47,987 nt of DNA, from the IMG/VR virus record IMGVR_UViG_3300038808_000009, positions 1 to 47,987 of that record. The stretch is one strand, 5' to 3'. The notes under the pieces are model-generated. The model did not search any database. It worked only from the letters and a program-made list of their open reading frames with translations, and had not been told where the DNA came from. The stretch is from a virus. Every line of letters starts with the position of its first letter. Position 1 is the stretch's first letter. Below, one piece after another: positions 44,161 through 47,987 of the stretch. The translations under genes were made by a program, and so were the position numbers.

Positions 44161-44456
44161 TGGGGCTCCTCGATCCCGAGGCGATGGGCACGCCCCGAGG
44201 AGATCAGCCCCGCGGGCCGAACGCGCTCCCAGGCACGCCCCGGGGCGCCCGCACCCGCCGCGGCAGGCCCCCGGGCGAGGAGATGGGCACGCCCCGGGAC
44301 AGCCGCGGCGCCTAGGATCGCTAGAAACGGCCCGCCAGGGGCCGCCAGGGGTGCCGCGGCTAGTCCGGGAGCTTCCGAGCCCTTCGCGGCCGTTCTAGGC
44401 CCGTTTCTGGCGATTTGCGGCGCGAGCGCCCCGCGACGGGATACCCCGCAACGGAA

Positions 44457-44486
44457 AACGCCCCGACGCGGGAGCGTCGAGGCGTT
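44457..44486 (-). terminator. rho-independent-type terminator of the leftward operon
   Basis: Minus strand: AACGCCTCGACGC-TCCC-GCGTCGGGGCGTT (13-bp stem including one G-U), followed by TTCCGTT. Confidence 0.5.
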
Positions 44487-44681
44487 CAGGTCGTCGAGGT
44501 CGGTGCGGGGCGCTACTCCCGGAACACCCATCGCAACAGGCGCTCGACGCCTAGCAGCGGGGCGAACGCGGCGAGGAACACCGCGGCGAGGATGAGGAGC
44601 GCCAACATCAGGGCAGGAACCACACCGCGCACGCGGCGACCATGGGCGCAACGATCAGCGCGGCCGTGAGAAGGGCGCCGG

Positions 44682-45713
44682 TCACGCGACGCGCTCGCAC
44701 ATGACGAGGTAGCCGGACAGCTTGACCTCGACTTGCCGCGCCCCGGCGCTCAACTGCTCCGCGGCGCTGATCCCGTCATGGTGCGCGGTCCAGCCGCCCG
44801 CGGTGTCCCGCAGCGATAGGCTGTGCATGATATCGAACACGCGATCCCGCAGCGCGGCGCCCGCAGCGTCGGCCCGCTTGCGGATGATGGTCCGGCGGGC
44901 GGTGTCGGCGAACCCGCCCGGTGTCCAGGTTGTGATGTGGTATTCGGCCATGCTGCAATCCTCGCTTTGCTCGTCTTGAGGTCGCGCCCGCCTTCGGCGG
45001 TCACGCGGTCCGGCTCCCGTGAGTGTGGCGCGCTCGCGCTCGACGCGGGCCGCCGCGGCTTCGGCCTCGCGGGCCGCCTTGGCGACGGCCGCGGCTTCGG
45101 CGCGAGCCGCACGCGCGGCGATCCGCTCCGGAGTGTTGCGGGCGCTCCAGGTCCGGAAGGCCGCGGCCTCGTCCGCGTCGGTGTCATAGGCCGGGACGGG
45201 GAGGCCGAACGCTTCGGCATAGTCGCAAGCCGGGTTGGCGATGCGGTTCAGGCTCTCCAGAGCGCGCGAGCGGTCATAGTCGCGCTTACGGGGCAGGCGC
45301 TCGACGGCGACCGTGTATTCAGCGAAGTAGTGCGCAAGGTTCGCGGCGTGGATCTGAGCGGTCGCGTCGGGGTTAGCCGTGCCGTCCGGAGCAAAGGCGT
45401 TCACATCGCCGCGGTTTTGACCGCCGAAAGCGCCGATGAACGGGACCGTAAAGGACTTGCGAACGCGGCCATAGCCGAGCGCGGAGTGAATGGGCCCGAT
45501 ATGCTTGCCGCGGGTCGTGACGCTGTAGTCCCGCGAAGTGACGAGCGCGACCAATTCGCCCTCGACGTTCGGAACGAGATGCGCGACGGGCGTGGAATAG
45601 CTGTAAATCTTGCGGCCGTGGAACGAGAAGTTACCGTTGTGCGAGCGGGCTTCGTCCTGAGCCTGATGGGCCCAGATGTGAGCGACCTGACGGTTTGCGA
45701 CAACTTTAGCCAT
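44682..45713 (-). CDS. hypothetical protein (343 aa): conserved-looking N-terminal domain, Ala-rich coiled coil, C-terminal domain
   Basis: ORF. N-terminus MAKVVANRQVAHIWAHQAQDEARSHNGNFSFHGRKIYSYSTPVA. No family named with confidence. Confidence 0.6.
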   Translation of the reverse strand: MAKVVANRQVAHIWAHQAQDEARSHNGNFSFHGRKIYSYSTPVAHLVPNVEGELVALVTSRDYSVTTRGKHIGPIHSALGYGRVRKSFTVPFIGAFGGQNRGDVNAFAPDGTANPDATAQIHAANLAHYFAEYTVAVERLPRKRDYDRSRALESLNRIANPACDYAEAFGLPVPAYDTDADEAAAFRTWSARNTPERIAARAARAEAAAVAKAAREAEAAAARVERERATLTGAGPRDRRRRARPQDEQSEDCSMAEYHITTWTPGGFADTARRTIIRKRADAAGAALRDRVFDIMHSLSLRDTAGGWTAHHDGISAAEQLSAGARQVEVKLSGYLVMCERVA

Positions 45714-45796
45714 GGGTCCGGTTCCTGTGATGCGAGGGCGTTGCGAAGTAACGACGCCATAGTGGCGTCGCTACGGTGTCGTGTCAAGCGTGATTT

Positions 45797-46027
45797 TCAG
45801 ACGAAGCGGCCATTCCCGCGGCGGAGCTTCACGGCCTTGATCCGGTCCGCGGGAAACAGCGCGGCGAACGCCTCGCGCGCCTCGCGCGGCGTCGAGGCCG
45901 CAACGTCGCCCTCAAAGGCGATCCGGCGACGCCCCGCAGGGGGCGCCTCGCGATGCGTCCAGAGGACGACGAAGGGGCGCAGAGACGCTTCGCGCGGCTT
46001 CGCCGCTCTCGCGCTAAGGGGCGCCAT
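45797..46027 (-). CDS. hypothetical protein (76 aa)
   Basis: ATG 46027 overlaps the stop of the upstream ORF (TGATG). Part of ORF 45797..46384. Confidence 0.4.
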   Translation of the reverse strand: MAPLSARAAKPREASLRPFVVLWTHREAPPAGRRRIAFEGDVAASTPREAREAFAALFPADRIKAVKLRRGNGRFV

Positions 46028-46323
46028 CAGCGCGCCACCTTCACGAAACGGCCGGTGACGGGGCAACGCGGCCGGGGCGCCCGTCCGGCCTTGATCGCGG
46101 CCGTGACGGGGCCGCCGCTCGCGATGATGGGCTCGACCTGTCCGCGATGGCGCGCGTCGAGGGGCGAGGCGAAGGCGACGCGGGCGCCCGACAGCGCCGT
46201 GAACACGACGAGCGCGGCGAAGGCGAGAAAGAACGCGGCTAGGCCCGCGTCGCCGTCGAGGGCGAAGCCCGCGAGATGGGCCGGAACGTGCGAGGGGAGC
46301 GGAGCGGTGTAAGCGAAGTGCAT
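46027..46323 (-). CDS. hypothetical membrane protein (98 aa)
   Basis: AGLAAFFLAFAALVVFTAL hydrophobic segment. First gene of the leftward operon. Confidence 0.45.
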   Translation of the reverse strand: MHFAYTAPLPSHVPAHLAGFALDGDAGLAAFFLAFAALVVFTALSGARVAFASPLDARHRGQVEPIIASGGPVTAAIKAGRAPRPRCPVTGRFVKVAR

Positions 46324-46443
46324 GGCGTGGCTTCCTGTGCCGTGGTGACGGTGCTGTTATGGCGCCACTACGGCGCCACGTCAAGCGCCATTTTCAGGCT
46401 TTTGTGCGGTAGCCTGTTACCGCGTTGTGGTAGCCCGATACCG

Positions 46444-46470
46444 CGAACGATAGGCCGCATCTATCGTTCG
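46444..46470. repeat. perfect 10-bp inverted repeat with 7-nt spacer
   Basis: cgaacgatag (46444..46453), gccgcat, ctatcgttcg (46461..46470), in the divergent region between the leftward operon and terS. Confidence 0.85.
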
Positions 46471-46506
46471 GGGCAGGATGTGATAGGTTGCGCCTATCCG
46501 GACAAC

Positions 46507-46535
46507 TTGTCTGGGACAGTCGCCCGGACATAAGT
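46507..46535 (+). promoter_or_regulatory. candidate terS promoter overlapped by two operator-like sites
   Basis: TTGTCT (46507..46512), 17 nt, ATAAGT (46530..46535). GGACAACTTGTCT at 46500..46512 and GGACATAAGTTCC at 46526..46538. Confidence 0.4.
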
Positions 46536-46560
46536 TCCGACAGCGAAAGGGAAAACTGTC

Positions 46561-47049
46561 ATGCCGGAAAAAGGTGGTCGACTAACCGAGCAGGAAACGG
46601 CATTCATCGCCGAGATGACGCGCGTCGGCGATCCGGTCAAAGCGGCCGAACTGGCGGGCTACGCTCACCCACGGCAGGCGGCTCACAAGCTCAACGCTCG
46701 TCCCGAGATCGTCCGGGCGGTGTGGGAAGCGACGGAGCTTGTGCTGCGCGGCGAGGGCGCGGCCGTTGGCGTCGGGACGCTGATCGAGATCGCCCGGGAC
46801 GAGAAGGCGCCGAAGAACGCTCGCGTTGCCGCGGCGGGTCATCTCGTCAAGCTCAACGGCTACGGGGAGGCGATAGGCGCGAGCGGGAGCGCCAAGCCGC
46901 TGTCAGAGATGACGCGAGCCGAGCTTGCGGAGGCGCGAGCGCGGGCTGTGCTCTACCTCGACGAGTTGCAGCGGGGCGGAACGACTATCGAGGGCGAGGC
47001 GGTCGCGCTCCCGGCTCCGGACGTTTCGTCCGGCGGGCTTTTCGACTGA
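46561..47049 (+). CDS. terS: terminase small subunit ending in GLFD
   Basis: LTEQETAFIAEMTRVGDPVKAAELAGYAHPRQAAHKLNARPEIVRAV is Terminase_2-like. C-terminus PDVSSGGLFD. Confidence 0.78.
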   Translation: MPEKGGRLTEQETAFIAEMTRVGDPVKAAELAGYAHPRQAAHKLNARPEIVRAVWEATELVLRGEGAAVGVGTLIEIARDEKAPKNARVAAAGHLVKLNGYGEAIGASGSAKPLSEMTRAELAEARARAVLYLDELQRGGTTIEGEAVALPAPDVSSGGLFD

Positions 47050-47056
47050 TCGCCAC

Positions 47057-47085
47057 TTGACGGCCGGCTAAGCCTCTGATATCGT
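47057..47085 (+). promoter_or_regulatory. sigma-70-like early promoter
   Basis: TTGACG (47057..47062), 17 nt, TATCGT (47080..47085). Extended -35 CTTGACGGCC is identical to that at 39000..39009. Confidence 0.45.
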
Positions 47086-47253
47086 TGAGGAATTGCTAGT
47101 CATCTAGTGACTATCGAGCGCCCCGGGCGCCTCGTCCGCGCCGTCGAGCGCCGGCCGGGGCGCGCCCAGGCGCCCGCCTCCCGGTACACCCGCGCGGGCG
47201 CGCCGATGACCTCGCCTGCCGCGCCGACGAAAATTCCCGCCAAAATCGAAACT

Positions 47254-47266
47254 GGACATTCTGTCC
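47254..47266. repeat. perfect GGACA-N3-TGTCC palindrome (GGACATTCTGTCC), intergenic
   Basis: Read directly. Followed by a 9-bp-stem inverted repeat, ggcccggcc (47267..47275) and ggccgggcc (47291..47299). Confidence 0.9.
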
Positions 47267-47447
47267 GGCCCGGCCTATCAGATCGCCCAGGGCCGGGCCG
47301 CCGACGCGCGGTGTAGTGAAGCGAACGCGACTACCGCTCCGGACCCGGGGCTATCGTCCGCGAAGCCCGGCCCGACAAAACGGTTCTTCGTCATAACGGG
47401 TTGATAGGTCGATCCCGAAGCTCACCGGCCAAATTGAAGAGGACGAG

Positions 47448-47777
47448 ATGCGTCAGACAGATGGAAAAATCATCTGCGATCACTGCCATACGGACATTAC
47501 GAACGCATACCTCATGTGCGACCGCTTGACCGGCGAGTGGTGTCGTAAGTGCTTCGCTGACTGCCCTTTGCCGCTGACATCAGACAAGTGTTGGGGCGAG
47601 GGCTGCCCGACCCTCGTGGCTGAAGCGGGTCCTGACTTAGAAGCAACCAAAGTCCCGGCCGCCAAACCGGTCTGGGTCCGGCTCTACGAAGCTGAATGCA
47701 GACGCGTGCGATCAACCCGAAACGACGAAGCGACAGACGACCCCCTCACTCAGCCATCAACCCCGAATGACGAATGA
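47448..47777 (+). CDS. Cys-rich zinc-finger-like small protein (109 aa), lower GC
   Basis: CDHCH...C..........C..C and C...C patterns. GAAGAGGA RBS. Confidence 0.6.
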   Translation: MRQTDGKIICDHCHTDITNAYLMCDRLTGEWCRKCFADCPLPLTSDKCWGEGCPTLVAEAGPDLEATKVPAAKPVWVRLYEAECRRVRSTRNDEATDDPLTQPSTPNDE

Positions 47778-47801
47778 CCGACAAAACGTCCGCCCAGGCC
47801 C

Positions 47802-47829
47802 TTGACGCCGACCCAGATCCCGCTACCTT
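47802..47829 (+). promoter_or_regulatory. weak candidate promoter for the gene at 85
   Basis: TTGACG (47802..47807), 16 nt, TACCTT (47824..47829). CGACAAAACGTCC operator-like site at 47779..47791. Confidence 0.3.
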
Positions 47830-47932
47830 CCGCTCCGTCCTATCCCGACCGAAACGCAGGGCTGCACGACCCTGCCCTAGGTCGGTACGGACACCTTGCC
47901 CGCCGCGCACGAACTGGTCCTCCGAGCGCGGC

Positions 47933-47987
47933 GGGCGACCATGACGGCCCTCGTCCCGCAAAGCGGGCGATGCGACTGCGGCCCTCG
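47933..47987. repeat. 55-bp terminal direct repeat, identical to 1..55
   Basis: Exact identity read from the sequence. Confidence 0.9.

Noticed and set aside
43837-44595. 252-aa plus-strand ORF (and 43890..44315) over the origin region
   Set aside because: The repeated CAVL/ARFS peptides are just the iterons translated. The rest is Arg/Pro/Gly/Ala-rich. Better explained as non-coding origin DNA.
45797-46384. Full-length 195-aa minus-strand ORF
   Set aside because: The N-terminal 119 residues are Arg-rich shadow sequence overlapping the more plausible 98-aa membrane-protein frame (46027..46323). Only the part from ATG 46027 was kept, at low confidence.
47107-47316. 69-aa GTG-initiated ORF in the long leader downstream of the 47057 promoter
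   Set aside because: Third-position GC is high, but so is second-position GC. The protein is almost entirely Arg/Pro/Ala/Gly, there is no RBS, and it spans a palindrome site and hairpins. Kept as non-coding, although a small basic protein cannot be excluded.

Overview
The window is a complete, circularly assembled phage genome: the first 55 bp are identical to the last 55 bp, leaving about 47.9 kb of unique sequence. It is high-GC, carries an integrase (so probably temperate), and is podovirus-like. A GapR/DUF2312 homologue suggests an alphaproteobacterial host. No tRNA, rRNA, CRISPR array, reverse transcriptase or phage RNA polymerase was seen.

Layout:
- Plus strand, 46561 through the junction to 23536: terS, a block of small early/accessory genes (Zn-finger-like protein, helical hairpin protein, Cys-rich protein, RyR+Gp49 fusion), a collar-domain tail fibre and a membrane-anchored lysozyme. 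Then a T7-like order: terL, portal, scaffold, capsid, adaptor, nozzle, two GNAT-like proteins, ejectosome proteins, transglycosylase.
- Minus strand, 33723 down to 23533: a Cro-like gene heads a replication operon. It holds a RuvC-like resolvase, SNF2 helicase, DUF2800 nuclease, gp2.5/DUF2815-type SSB, GapR, an ASCH protein, family A DNA polymerase and two HNH endonucleases.
- 33848..35399 (+): integrase module.
- 35389..38868 (-): a collagen-like fibre and a beta-helix tailspike.
- 39066..43821 (+): RHH regulator, LAGLIDADG endonuclease, HAD phosphatase and prim-pol/helicase, followed by an iteron origin at about 43840..44160.
- 46323 down to 44513 (-): an operon of unknown function.

Main hunt results:
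1. At least eight otherwise unrelated replication, recombination and packaging proteins end in the same C-terminal peptide, [G/A]LFD-COOH. This suggests a shared docking-tail network.
2. A 13-bp palindrome, GGACA-N3-TGTCC, occurs perfectly at least nine times, mostly inside genes. Near-perfect copies sit in the spacer or over the -35/-10 hexamers of three candidate promoters.
3. The iteron origin lies next to further repeat families and two translationally coupled hydrophobic mini-ORFs.

All coordinates were worked out by hand. Most were cross-checked against the ORF track; a few intergenic and hairpin positions rest on line counting alone.
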